A stretch of DNA of 64,000 nucleotides from an uncultured Gemmatimonadales bacterium (GTDB lineage: Bacteria > Gemmatimonadota > Gemmatimonadetes > Gemmatimonadales > GWC2-71-9), in NCBI GenBank assembly GCA_963844035.1, contig CAWJMT010000037.1, forward strand, positions 128,001 through 192,000. Direction: 5' to 3'. The notes below the pieces were generated by a model. It ran no database searches, was not told where the DNA came from, and worked only from the letters and a program-made list of their open reading frames with translations. Numbering within the stretch: position 1 is the stretch's first letter; each line of letters starts with the position of its first letter. The translations under genes and the position numbers were made by a program. This document shows positions 28,329 to 39,399 of the stretch, one piece after another.

Positions 28329-29732
28329 TCACCCTCCCCCGCCGGCGCTGGGCGTCTCGGCGAGCAGCCCGTGCTTCTTCCGCTTCTCCCACAGGTTCTT
28401 ACGGCTGATACCCAATATCTCAGCCGCCCGCTGGATGTCGCCGCTCGTTTCTTCCAGCGTGTGGCGAATGTATTCCCGTTCCGCTTCGGCCAGGGTGAGT
28501 CCCTTGGGGAGTTGGAAAGTCGTGGCGCGTGGCGGGCCGGCCCCGCCTCCGCCCGCGCGCTGGCCGAGCGGCGGGAGGTCCGAGCGATTCAGGACCGGCC
28601 CTTTACTGAAGATCATCGCACGCTCGATCACGTTGCGCAGCTCGCGGACGTTGCCGGGCCAGCTCCAGGTCTGCAAGGCCGTGAGCGCGGCCGGATCGAT
28701 CGATTCCACCCGCTTCTTGAACTCCAGGCTGAACGTTTCGCGGAAGTGATTCGCCAGGAGGGGGATGTCGGTCTTGATGTCGCGTAAGGGCGGCAGGGTC
28801 ACGCTCGCGACGCCGACCCGGTAGTAAAGGTCGGAGCGAAACGCACCCGTCGCCACAAGCTGCTCCAGGTCCCCGTTCGTGGCCGTTACGAGCCGGAGCG
28901 CCACCTCCAGCTCCTCCGTGCCCCCGAGGCGGCGAACCCGGCGGCTTTCGAGCACGTTCAAGAGCTTGGCCTGAAGCTCGGGGCCGAGCTCCGCGATCTC
29001 GTCCAGGAACAGCGTCCCGCCGTCGGCCACCTCGATGAGTCCGCGCTTCGCCTCACGGGCGTCGGTGAACGCGCCCTTCTGGTAGCCGAACAGCTCCGCC
29101 TCGAGCAGGTTCGCGGGCAAGGCCGAGCAGTTGATCTCGACGAACCGGCCCGCCGAGTGCGGGCTGGAGTAATGAATGGCGCGCGCGACCAGGTTCTTGC
29201 CGGTGCCGCTTTCCCCGAGCAGCAGGACGGTGGGACGCGGGATGGCCGCCATCTGGCGGACGAATTCGCGGACCTGTTCGACCTTGGGATGCAGGCCGAG
29301 GATCGCGCCAACCGAGAACTGCTGCCCGCGGGCCTGTTCAAGCGAGGCCCCCGCCTCGAGGAGCGGTCGTTCCTTGAGCGCCCGCACGAGGAATGTGGTC
29401 AGCTCGTCCACGTTGACGGGCTTTGTGAGGTACTCGGTGGCGCCCGCTTTCAGCGCCTCGACAGCGGTGGCGATGTCGGCGTGCCCCGTGAGGATGAAGA
29501 TGGGGAGATGGGGGTCGACAACGCGCAGGCGGCGGGTCACTTCGACGCCGTCCAAATCCGGCATGACGAGATCGGTGATGACGGCGTCCGCCGGCTGCTC
29601 CGCATGGCGCGCCAGCAGGGCATCGGGCCGCTCGAAGACCGTGCTGCGGAACCGGCCCCCCGGCCCGAGGTTCGCGGCCACGAGCTTGGCGTGCACCACG
29701 TCGTCGTCGAGGATGTAGATTTTGTAGCTCAT
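28329..29732 (-). CDS. Sigma54-dependent response regulator, NtrC/AtoC family (REC-AAA+-HTH)
   Basis: ILDDD, ITDLVMP, GESGTGK, ELFGYQKGAFTDA, GGTLFLDEI, FRSDLYYR, WPGNVRELRN, AAEILGISR. Confidence 0.97.
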   Translation of the reverse strand: MSYKIYILDDDVVHAKLVAANLGPGGRFRSTVFERPDALLARHAEQPADAVITDLVMPDLDGVEVTRRLRVVDPHLPIFILTGHADIATAVEALKAGATEYLTKPVNVDELTTFLVRALKERPLLEAGASLEQARGQQFSVGAILGLHPKVEQVREFVRQMAAIPRPTVLLLGESGTGKNLVARAIHYSSPHSAGRFVEINCSALPANLLEAELFGYQKGAFTDAREAKRGLIEVADGGTLFLDEIAELGPELQAKLLNVLESRRVRRLGGTEELEVALRLVTATNGDLEQLVATGAFRSDLYYRVGVASVTLPPLRDIKTDIPLLANHFRETFSLEFKKRVESIDPAALTALQTWSWPGNVRELRNVIERAMIFSKGPVLNRSDLPPLGQRAGGGGAGPPRATTFQLPKGLTLAEAEREYIRHTLEETSGDIQRAAEILGISRKNLWEKRKKHGLLAETPSAGGGG

Positions 29733-29788
29733 TGGCCGCACCTGTCCCCGCTAATATTGGGGACAGCCCCCCCGCACAGCCAGGACCT

Positions 29789-30160
29789 ATGGCCGCTTCG
29801 TTCCGGGCGTTGATCATCGACGACGACCCCGACCTCTTGAGCTTGATCCGGCGTACGCTCGAGTTCACGGCCGGATGGGACGTGCAGACGGCGCTCTCGG
29901 GCGCCGCCGGGATCGCGCTGGCCCGCGCCGCGCCGCCCGACGTGATCCTGGTGGACGTGATGATGCCCGAGATGGACGGCTACGAGGTGTGCCGCCGGCT
30001 CAAGGCCGACTCCGCGACGGCAGCGGTGCCGGTTGTGTTGCTGACGGCTCGCCGGGAACTGGACGACCGGCTGCTCGCGGGGACGGGCTCGGCGGGTGTC
30101 CTGCTCAAGCCGTTTCAGCCCCAGGACCTCGCGCGCCAGGTCCGCGAGCTGTGCCCATGA
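29789..30160 (+). CDS. Single-domain response regulator
   Basis: LIIDDD, PDVILVDVMMPEMDG, LLTA, LKPF. Confidence 0.93.
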   Translation: MAASFRALIIDDDPDLLSLIRRTLEFTAGWDVQTALSGAAGIALARAAPPDVILVDVMMPEMDGYEVCRRLKADSATAAVPVVLLTARRELDDRLLAGTGSAGVLLKPFQPQDLARQVRELCP

Positions 30161-32850
30161 GCACGCCGGATCCCCTCGCCGAAGTCAGGGCGGAGTTCGC
30201 CGCCGGCCTGAACACGCGGATCGACGCGATGCGCGGGGCTCTCGAGCGGCTGCGCACCGATTTTTCCACCCAGGATGCGGAGCGGCTGTACCGGGCGGCG
30301 CACTCACTCACCGGCACAGCTGGGAGTTTCGGGGCCGAGGCGCTCGGGCACGTCGCGGGGGATCTCGAGTCGCTGGCGCGCGGGTGGCTCGCGCGCGGCC
30401 GCTCCCTCCCGGAGGAATGGCGCGTCGCCGCTGCCGCCATCAGGGAGCTCGACGCGGCCGCGCGCGAATACCGGACCACCGCGGCCCCCGGGGTGCTCCG
30501 CTCGCCGGCCGCCCGCCTGGCCGTCGTGGGCGAGCTCACATCGCTCATCAACGCCGCCGTCGACATGCGCGAGATCTTCCGGGGTGCGATCCTCAAGGTG
30601 CAGCGCGTCCTGGACTTTCGCCGGGCGAGCGTGGTGCTGATCGACGACACCGCCACGCACTATTACGTCCACACTCTGTACGACCGGGACCGCGGCGGGT
30701 TCGTGACCCGTGAAGCGGTGTTTCCCATCGAGCAGGGAATCACCGGGCAGGCGATCCGCTCCGGGCACCCGATCCGCGTGGACGCCCTGCCGGGAACCGA
30801 AGGCATTCTGTTGCAGGAGGGCAAGCACGTCTCGGCGATGATCGTGCCGCTGCACGTCGGCGACCGGGTGATCGGCGCGCTCAATTTCGGGCACGAAGAT
30901 CCGGGGCGCTATTCGGAGGACGATCTCGACTGGGCGGTCGTGCTCGGCCGCCAGATCGAAACCTCGCTCTACTACTCCAAGCTCCTGAGCACCATCGCCG
31001 AGCAGCGCGAGGCCCTGGCGCGGGAGCACGAGGCGGTGCAAAGCCAGCGCAACCGGCTCGAGGCGCTGATCGACGCCAGCGACGCCGCCATCATGCTGGT
31101 CGGGCCCGACCGCCGCATCGCGCACGCCAACGCCGAGATGGCGCAGCTCGTGGGGATTCCCCGGGAAGCGATGCGGGGCGCGAGCGTGGACAGCATCCAC
31201 CGGTTTCTCGCGGGATCCTTCGTCGAGCCGAAGGCGCTGGCCGCTCAGGAGGAGGCTCTGTCGGTCGACGTTTCGCTGCGCGACCGGGTCGAGCTCAAGT
31301 TCCCGCAGCGCGCCGTGTACCAGCGGGTGGTGGCGCCGGTGCGCGAGAGCCTGGGAGCGCTGCTCGGCCACATCGTGCTGTACCGCAACGTCACCCACGA
31401 GGTGGAGGTCGAGCGGGCGAAATCCGAATTCGTGTCGGTGGTGAGCCACGAGCTGCGCACGCCGATGACGTCCGTGAAGACTTCCCTCTCGCTGCTGCTG
31501 GACGGCGCCGGGGGACCGCTGGGAGCCACCGCCAGGGAGCTGCTCGAGATCGCCCACCGCAACGCGGAGCGGCTGATCCGCCTCGTGAACGACCTGCTCG
31601 ACCTGTCGCGCCTCGAGGCGGGGCGGATGGAGTTGCACATCGAGCGAGTCGCGCTGGGCGAGGCGATCAAATCGAGCGTCGACGCCGTCCGCGGGTTCGC
31701 AGACGAGCGGGAGGTTGCGATTGCGCTCGTGCCGCCTCCAGAGCCGATCGCGGTCCAGGGGATGCGCGACCGGGTGGAACAGGTCGTGGTGAACCTGCTC
31801 GCCAACGCCATCAAATTCTCCCGCTCGGGCGGCCAGGTGCGGGTGCGGTGGTGGCGGGACGAGGCGGCGCCGTGGTCGAGGTGGCCGACCAGGGGCCCGG
31901 TATTCCGGCCGACAAGCTGGGCGTGATCTTCGAGCCGTTCCGCCAGCTGGACAGCTCGACCACGCGTGAGCACGGCGGCGCGGGACTGGGACTGGCAATC
32001 AGTCGGGACATCGTCCGCGTGCTCGGTGGGCGGCTGTGGGTGGAGAGCGAGCTGGGCGCGGGGTCGCGGTTCTTCATGCGCCTCGGCCTCGCGCCGGAGC
32101 AGGCGCACGCCGTTGAGCCGGGTCCAGCGCCCGCGGCGGCGGCGCGGTCCACGACCGTGCTTGTCGCACACAGCGATTCCGACTGGCGGCGCTTGGCCAC
32201 GGTGCGTGCGGAAAGCGATGGCTGGCGCGTGCTAGCGGCGGAGACGGGAGCTGCAGCCCTGGCGTGCCTCGAGCGCGAGGCAGTGGACGCTGTAGTGCTG
32301 GCGCTCGAGCTGTCCGACATGCACGGCCTGGAGCTGCTCCAGCAGCTCAACGAGCACCCCAAGTTCTTCGACATCCCCGTCGTTATCGCCGCCGAGGTGG
32401 AAGCCCCGGTCCTGACCAAGGACGGAATGGTGGTGGCAACCACGCCGCACGACGCACTCGACTGTGTGCGTCGTCTGCTGGCGGCTCCGCCCAGGGCTAT
32501 GATACTGCTGGTCGAGGACGACCCGATCCTGCGCAGGGTGCTTGATCGGGTGCTCCGGCGCGCGGGGTACGCCTGCCTCGCGGTCTCCAAGGCTCCCCAG
32601 GCGCTCGAGTTCACCCGCGCACGCACACCGCACGCCATCATCACCGACTACCGGATGCCCGAGATGAACGGCATGACCCTACTGCGCGAAATGCGCAAGA
32701 ACCCCGCCCTGACCGGCGTGCCCGCCTTGATGCTGACGGGCCACGCGAGACCCGAGCTCGAGCGTCAGTTGGCCGAGGTGTCGGCCCGCCTCCTCACCAA
32801 GCCGGTGGACCTCGCAAGCGCTGCTCGCGCTGGTCGCCCAGCTGATCTGA
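30157..32850 (+). CDS. Soluble hybrid histidine kinase Hpt-GAF-PAS-HisKA-HATPase-pseudoREC-REC (frameshifts near 31870 and 32815)
   Basis: RAAHSLTGTAGSFG (Hpt); VSHELRTPMT; NLLANAIKF; D.GPGI; GAGLGLAIS; LLVEDD..ITDYRMP. Confidence 0.9.
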
Positions 32851-32874
32851 CGCACTGCGCGCGTCGTTCTCACG

Positions 32875-33363
32875 ATGCCTGAGCATTCCGGGGGTCTGCC
32901 TCCCGAGCGCACGCCCGAGTTGCGAGCCTATGCGGTCTCGCTGTTGAACACCACAACCGCCAAGCACTACGAGGGCCGCGGCGCGCGCATTCGGCTGGGG
33001 CGCGCGCGTGAATGCGAAATTCGCATCGACGACCCGCTGGTCTCCATGACCCATGCGGAGCTCACGATCGGCCGCGAGGGAGGGCTGGTTGTGCGCGATG
33101 CGGGGAGCGAGCGCGGCACCTTTCTGAACGGGGTCCGGCTTACCCGGCCGCTCCCGATCCGGATGGGCGATCAAGTGCAGCTGGGCGAGGGCGGGCCGAG
33201 CCTGCTGCTCGAGGGACTGGGGACCGAACCGCAGCGGCGGATCGCGCGGCCGCCGGCGTGGACACTCCGACACCGGGGGGGCGTACTCGTCGTGGCGCTC
33301 GCGATCCTCCTCCTCAGCGCAGTGTTTGGCCTCTACCGAGTCTTTGCGGGGCACGCCCGCTAG
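32875..33363 (+). CDS. FHA-domain protein with C-terminal TM helix
   Basis: RLGRARECEIRIDDPLVSMTHA, D.GSERGTFLNG, GDQVQLG; hydrophobic C-terminus. Confidence 0.85.
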   Translation: MPEHSGGLPPERTPELRAYAVSLLNTTTAKHYEGRGARIRLGRARECEIRIDDPLVSMTHAELTIGREGGLVVRDAGSERGTFLNGVRLTRPLPIRMGDQVQLGEGGPSLLLEGLGTEPQRRIARPPAWTLRHRGGVLVVALAILLLSAVFGLYRVFAGHAR

Positions 33364-33588
33364 CAGGTGACACTGTCGAAGCAGTAATTTGACTTGCACT
33401 GCGCACGTGGTCTCGTCTTCTGCACCTCCGCTTTCCACGTAACGGCCAGCCACCTCACAATGTCAACACTGTTGTCAAAGTAATTGACGTATGAAAGTGT
33501 TGTATATCACGATGTAAACAAGTATGTTGTGCCGCCTGTACAGATACTCACTGTACAGAAATTAAGCGTCGTATCGAATGTTGCCACC

Positions 33589-33604
33589 AGGCACATGCCT
33601 TGCC
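33589..33604 (+). promoter_or_regulatory. Candidate sigma54 -24/-12 promoter for the chaperone-usher-like operon
   Basis: AGGCACATGCCTTGCC = GG-N10-GC, downstream of an AT-rich tract (about 33460-33580). Confidence 0.75.
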
Positions 33605-33691
33605 CTAGCAATGGCCTGGAAAAGCGGCCGCAGCTAGGCCCCGGGCGCGTCTCCGGACGAGACGGATTACTACATTAGAAAGGGCGACCTT

Positions 33692-34210
33692 GTGAAGATG
33701 ACCGCGAAAATCACCCTGGGCGTGCTGGCGCTGCTGGCTACGAGCGCAGCCCAGGTTCAGGCTCAGACGTGCGCTGCCAACCCGTGCAGCCTGAACGACA
33801 CGGCTAAAGTCACTGTTGCCACGGTGTTACGACTGACCCTGAGCCAGGCGGCCACGCTGCTCACCCCGCCCGACGAAGCGGCCTACGACGCGGGCTTTCA
33901 GCTCGACAATGGCCCGGTGGCGACGGTGAAGGCGAATCGCGGTTGGACGCTGAAGGTGAACGCCAGCGGCGCTACGTGGACTGCGGCCGGCGGTGCCCAG
34001 GCTGCGAAACCGGCGGGCGACCTGCAGTGGTCGACCAGCGCCGGCGGCACGTACACCAGCCTGTCGACCACTCCGGCGACGTTCACGTCGGCTGCGAGCG
34101 GCAGTGCGGCGGCGATTCAGTCGGTGTTCTACAAGACCCTTTGGAGCTACGCGGATGATACGCCCGGTGATTACTCGTTGGTCGTGGTCTACAGCCTCTC
34201 GGCTCCGTGA
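33692..34210 (+). CDS. Secreted pilin-like subunit 1 (candidate major subunit)
   Basis: Signal peptide, CAANPC pair, C-terminal DTPGDYSLVVVYSLSAP resembling the PG.Y terminal strand of Csu/spore-coat-U pilins; first gene after the promoter. Confidence 0.7.
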   Translation: MKMTAKITLGVLALLATSAAQVQAQTCAANPCSLNDTAKVTVATVLRLTLSQAATLLTPPDEAAYDAGFQLDNGPVATVKANRGWTLKVNASGATWTAAGGAQAAKPAGDLQWSTSAGGTYTSLSTTPATFTSAASGSAAAIQSVFYKTLWSYADDTPGDYSLVVVYSLSAP

Positions 34211-34211
34211 G

Positions 34212-35042
34212 TTGAGGCGAAACACGGTACGCGCGCGCGCTGGCGCGCGGTCCGCGACGCGGCGGGGGCGCTACTTGGCCCTCGCCGCGTTGGCGATTGG
34301 GGCGGTCGCAGGCGTGCCGCGGCCGGCCGCCGGCCAGGTCTCGGTGGACCAGGCGGAGCTGTTCGTGGATGCCGGCGGGGTCGGGCGAAAGGTGGCGTCG
34401 TTCAACATCACCAACGAAGGCAGCGGTGTGGCCCAGGTGACCATCTATCAGTCGGACTGGGATCGTCAGGAAAACGGCGAGCACCGCTTTGTGCCGAGCG
34501 GCACGCTGCCGAACTCGTGTGCGCAGCACATGCAGGTGTTCCCCCAGAGCCTGCGTTTGCCGGCGGGCGCGCGGCAGGCGGTGCGCGTGGAGCTGAACGG
34601 TGCCGACTCGCTGACGGCGGCGTGCTGGAGCATCGCGTTTGTGGAGACGAGCGCGTCGCAGGGAGGCACGGGTCGCCAGGTGACCTACGTGACGCGGCTG
34701 GGTGTGAAGATCTACGTGCTGCCGCCCGGCCTCACCAAGGAGGGCGAGGTCACGGATATGGTGGTGCAGCCCGGTGATTCCGGCCGCCAGCGCGTCGCGA
34801 TCACGTTCCACGATGTGGGCGGTATGCCGCTGTGGGTGCGGGGGACTGTGGAGTACCGGCGTCCCGACAACTCGATCGCGGCCACCGACAGCGTGCGTGA
34901 GTTTCCGGTGTTGCCGGGAGCACGGCGGCGCGTTGCCGTGCCCGTCCCGCGGCTCGCCCGGGGCAACTATGTGGCGCTGGCGCTGCTGGACTTCGGCGGC
35001 GCGGAGATCGCGGCCGGGCAGATCCCCGTCCGCGTGCCCTGA
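34212..35042 (+). CDS. Fimbrial chaperone-like protein (PapD-like fold)
   Basis: Signal-like region; FNITNEG, VFPQSLRLPAGARQAVRV, WSIAFVE, RLGVKIYVLP, second Ig domain FPVLPG..R.V; start uncertain. Confidence 0.7.
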   Translation: MRRNTVRARAGARSATRRGRYLALAALAIGAVAGVPRPAAGQVSVDQAELFVDAGGVGRKVASFNITNEGSGVAQVTIYQSDWDRQENGEHRFVPSGTLPNSCAQHMQVFPQSLRLPAGARQAVRVELNGADSLTAACWSIAFVETSASQGGTGRQVTYVTRLGVKIYVLPPGLTKEGEVTDMVVQPGDSGRQRVAITFHDVGGMPLWVRGTVEYRRPDNSIAATDSVREFPVLPGARRRVAVPVPRLARGNYVALALLDFGGAEIAAGQIPVRVP

Positions 35043-35043
35043 C

Positions 35044-35524
35044 ATGCACTCCTGCGCGTTGAGGCTCGGCCTGGCGGCGACGCTGGTCGTGGGAGCGCCG
35101 TGCGCCGCTCGCGCGCAGGTCACGCTGACTCTGTCGCAGACACCCAACGTGTTTCCGGCGCCGGCGCTCGCCGACTACAACGCCGGGATGATCACGAATC
35201 CCACCGGCATCGCGTTTTCGGTGAACGTGACCGGCGGTGGGTTTGCAGGCCCGCACGACGACGGTCTCGATCCGCGCCTCCGGGGCGTCGCTGGGGAACG
35301 GCAAGGCGCTGAGCGACTTGGAGTGGCGTCGCTCTGATCTCGCGACCTGGAGCGCCATGACGACGGCGAACGCGACGGTCGAGTCGCGTCAGGTGCGTTG
35401 GTTCCTCCAAAACGATCCCTGGAGCAATACGGTCTTTCTGCGGATGCGCCTCAACTGGGCGACGGACGCTCCCGCGACCTATTCGACCGGGGTCGTTTTC
35501 ACCCTCACGGTCACCACGCCGTAG
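35044..35524 (+). CDS. Secreted pilin-like subunit 2, divergent (frameshift near 35250)
   Basis: Signal; P.LADYNAG, KALSDLEW, LNWATDAPATYSTGVVFTLTV align with subunit 1 motifs. Confidence 0.65.
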
Positions 35525-35533
35525 GGGCGCGGA

Positions 35534-38317
35534 ATGCGGCGAGCCGTCTTTCTCTCTGCGATCGTACTCGCCGGGCTGGCCCGGGGAGTCGCGGCGCAAC
35601 AGGCCCCGGGGCGTCCCGCCCAGCGGCTCATCGACAGCGTGACGACGTTGGTGACCGTGACCGCGGCGCCGCGCACGATTCAGGTGTTCGTGGTTCCCGT
35701 TCCTGTGTCGTTCCGCCCCGACCGGCCAGTGGACTACACCGTCGTTCCGACCGGCGGCGCCACGATCATTCCGCCGTTGCACGGGATCGTCGCCGCGGGC
35801 GGGGGTGAAGCACGCAGCGTGATGGTCGCGGCGAGCATACCGGCCGGCGCGCTCGCCGGTGCCACGCACCGTTGCCGCTGTGGAGTTCTCCCAGGGAGGC
35901 ACGACCGTTCCGGTGGCGCTCGAGATTCAGGTCTCGCGCACCCGCAGCGCCAGCGTCCGGCTTGCGCAGCAGCTCTACGGCGCGCAGCCGCGCGAGCGGG
36001 TCACGATCCCGTACCTCGTGACCAACACGGGCAACGCGCCCGACACCTTCGACGTCTCCGTGGTCGCGCCGTCGCAGTGGACGCACTCGGGTCCTCCCAC
36101 GAGCGTCGCACTGGGGGTGGGAGAGACGACCGGCGGCGAGGTGACGCGTGACGGTGCCGCGGACCGGCGTGGCTGGTGTCTTTCAAGTCGGCGTCGTCGT
36201 CGCGGGCAGCGGCCGGCAGCTGGCCGCATCCGAAGCGGTGCTGCAGCTGCTCGACACGCCGTCGGGGAACATGGCGTTCGGCCCCAAGGTCGACGTCGGC
36301 GTGGCGTCGGTGCTCGACGACAGCGGGCAAGGCGAGCCCGGTGGTCGGGATCGAGCTTGCGGGCCCCGTGACCGACCAGATTCAGGCGTTCGGCCGAATC
36401 GTGCAGGCGACCAACCCGCACGCGGTGGACCAGCGAGGCCTGGCGCGGGTCGGCTATTTCGTCGGCGGTTCGTTCCTCACGCTGGCCGCACGGCAATGGC
36501 AGGTCACCGGCGGCAACGCCGGGCGCTCCTTCTCGGATGTGACGGGCACGAGCGCGTACGGCCGCGGCGCGTCGATGGCGTGGACCAATGCGCCCTGGTC
36601 GGTTGCGTCGCTCGCCGCCGTGCCGATCTCCGTCGCCGTTCCGGGCGCTGGGGACGGGCATCTGGTCGGCATGCGTGTCAGCAGGGACGTGTGGCGTCCC
36701 GGCGCGTCGGTCAATGCGACCGTGACCGATCTCCAGGACCCGCAGCTCACCCAGCGGCGGCTGCAGGCCGTCGGGATCGGGATGGTGTCCCCGGCGTACT
36801 CAGGAGTGACCGCGTCCGGCGAGCTGGCGCAGCGCTGGTTCGCCGGCGGGGAGGGGTTGGGCTGGATTACCGACCTCCGGCGCCAGACCTCGCGGGATTT
36901 CGGGGAGCTGCGCTTCGTACACGCCCCCGGTGGGAGCGCCGCGTTCGCCAACGCTAAGGACGCGCTGACTGCTACCGGGTCGCGGATGCTCAGCAGGCGG
37001 CTGGCCGTTTCTGCGGGTGTGTGGACCAGCGACGACGACAACGCCACCTTCAGCCGGCTGCACACCCAGGGGTTGTCGTTCAGCCCCCGGTACGATCTCA
37101 CGCCGCACACGTCGCTGCAGCTCGAAGCGCGATCGAATTCGTTCACGGCCAACAGCGCTGCGGGACTGCTGGGCAACGGGGAGCGGTCGATCCGCGTCGG
37201 CGTGAGCACGCAGCGCGGCACTGGGTACCTGTCCGGCGCCGCCACGCTGGGAAGCGCGTTTCAGACCGCCGGCGTGCCGGGGAGTCCAACGATCGAAACG
37301 TCGGCCAGCCGCCAGGCGCTCAGCGTCGCGGCGGGGGCAGCGACGGACCGCGGCACCGTCGAGGTGAGTGCCAACTTCGACCACAGCGGAGCCGGGATCG
37401 GGCTCCAGCCCTATGCCTACGTGCTCGGCGTGCGCGCTCAAGGGATCGCGCTGGGCAGCTCGCCACGCAGTCCGATGGTGAACGCCGAGTTCCAGTATTA
37501 CAGCTGGTTCGGCGATCGTCCCGCGATGCCGGTGGCGCGAGTGGGGATGGTCGCTCCGCTCCCGTCCAACCTGATGCTCACGCTGGACATCGAGCGCAAC
37601 CCGTTCATCTCCGGGCTCGGCAACGCCGTGCACATCATTCCGGTCCTCAAGCTGACGCGCACCACGCGCCTGCCGCTCGGCACTCTGCGCCCGGCTGCCA
37701 AGGGCGAAGTGTTCGAGGATCTCAACGGCAACGGCGCGCGCGATCGTGGTGAGCCCGGGATGGCGGGGGCGGTGGTGCGGCACGGCGCCGAGATGGCGGT
37801 GACGGATCGCACCGGGCGGTTCCGGTTTTACGATCGATCGAATGTCCCGGTGCGTCTCGATGAGACGTCCCTGCCGATCGGAATGATTGCCGACGCGGCA
37901 GCGACCGCCGGGCCCCAGCAGGCTGGGGCGATCGCGATCGGCGTGATCCGGACGGCGCAGGTGGACGTCCAGCTCGTGCCGACTGCGGACTCGAGCGGCC
38001 GCCTGCCCAACGTGGACCTGAACGGCGTCCCGCTCCAGGCGCTGGACTCGGCAGGCAACGCCTGGGCGGCCCGGACCGACGCGGGGGGCCTGGCGCACTT
38101 CTACGCGTTGCCACCGGGGCGCTATCGCGTGCAAGTCGATGTGAGTGGTTTGCGGGAGCGGCTGCGTCTGGGCCCGATGCCGGCGTTCACGGTCGAGGCG
38201 CACCGCGTCGTTCCGTTGCAGAGGGTGTTGTTGTATCCGCGGCCGATCCGCATGTTCGACCCGAGTGGCGCGGGCCCGCGCGGCTCGGACGGCAGCGGCA
38301 ACCGGTCGCCAAGCTAG
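35534..38317 (+). CDS. Usher-like outer-membrane protein with N-terminal Ig-like and C-terminal SdrD-B/prealbumin-like domains (frameshifts near 35870, 36150, 36330)
   Basis: Signal peptide; VTNTGNAPDTF Ig motif; long amphipathic beta-strand region; GEVFEDLNGNGARDRGEPG; TDAGG...LPPGRYRV; position after pilin and chaperone. Confidence 0.6.
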
Positions 38318-38744
38318 TGACGCGCGTGATCGCGGTGCTACGGCCCTGGCCGCAATGGTCGCGGCGTGTGGCTCTCCGACCGATTGCGTGGCGGCGCCCG
38401 CGACGCTGCTGGGGCGCTGGAATTACCTGGCGAATCAAACGGCTCCCAGCGCGGCCACGGTCACGGGGATCCTCACGCTCGAGCCCGGATGCCCCAGCTT
38501 TGAGGGCACACTGGACGGATCGGAGCAGGACGACCACGGCAATAGCGCGCCCGTGCATGCGGTGGTCACGGGTCAGGTGCTCGATAGCGCGTCGATCCTG
38601 TTCGACGCGTTCGTCGGTGTGGCCGGACGGCGCCATCTCGGCTCGGTGGCGCACGACTCGATTCGCGGAACGTGGGTCGAACAGTCCACCGGGGGGGTCT
38701 CGCGCTCCGGGTCGTTTGTGGCTGCCAAGGAGCTGACGCCGTGA
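38317..38744 (+). CDS. Putative small beta-rich lipoprotein (frameshift near 38340)
   Basis: LAAMVAAC lipobox-like; LLGRWNY...GTL.G...IRGTW...SGSFVA. Confidence 0.55.
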
Positions 38745-39289
38745 CGCAGCGTCGTCTCGCGTTGCCGCTGCTGTGCCTGCTGGTGGCCGTTGGACTGGCG
38801 CCGGCGCACCTCGCCGCGCAGAACTGCACCGCGACCACGCCGAATGGGACCTGCACGGCGAGCACGACGACCACCATGACGGCCGGGACGATCTTGCAGT
38901 TGTCGCTCAGCGCCGGCGCGACCGTGCTCACGCCGCCCGCCACCGCGACCTACGACGCGGGCTTCGTGGCCGACAATGGCCCTTCAGCGACGGTGAAGTC
39001 GAACCGCGCATGGACGCTGCGGATCGCCGCCGGTGCGGCGACCTGGACGGCGGCGAACACGACCGCCGGCGTCACGGCCCGCGCCAACAAGCCGGCGGCT
39101 GATCTACAGTGGGGCACGTCGCCGGCCGGCCCATTCACCGGGGCGACCGTGGCAGGTGCGACATTGGCATCTGGAAACGCGACCGGCGGGGCAACGACGA
39201 CGTTGTCGTTCCGTACCCTCTACGACTGGACGCTCGACACTCCCGGCGCCTACTCCCTGGTAGTGCGGCTGACGCTCAGCGCACCGTAA
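38741..39289 (+). CDS. Secreted pilin-like subunit 3 (close paralogue of subunit 1)
   Basis: LQLSLS..AT.LTPP..A.YDAGF..DNGP.ATVK.NR.WTL; KPAADLQW; DTPGAYSLVVRLTLSAP*. Confidence 0.75.
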   Translation: MTQRRLALPLLCLLVAVGLAPAHLAAQNCTATTPNGTCTASTTTTMTAGTILQLSLSAGATVLTPPATATYDAGFVADNGPSATVKSNRAWTLRIAAGAATWTAANTTAGVTARANKPAADLQWGTSPAGPFTGATVAGATLASGNATGGATTTLSFRTLYDWTLDTPGAYSLVVRLTLSAP

Positions 39290-39324
39290 GGCTAGACGAT
39301 CAGGCGCACAGACGGCCAGCGGTG

Positions 39325-39369
39325 AACAGCAAGGAGGGGACAGGAATTTCTGTCCCCTTCCTTGCTGTT
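39325..39369. terminator. Long hairpin between convergent genes, probable bidirectional terminator
   Basis: aacagcaaggaggggacag-gaattt-ctgtccccttccttgctgtt. Confidence 0.8.
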
Positions 39370-39399
39370 ACATCGCTATGCGTCTGTGCGTCTATGCGT

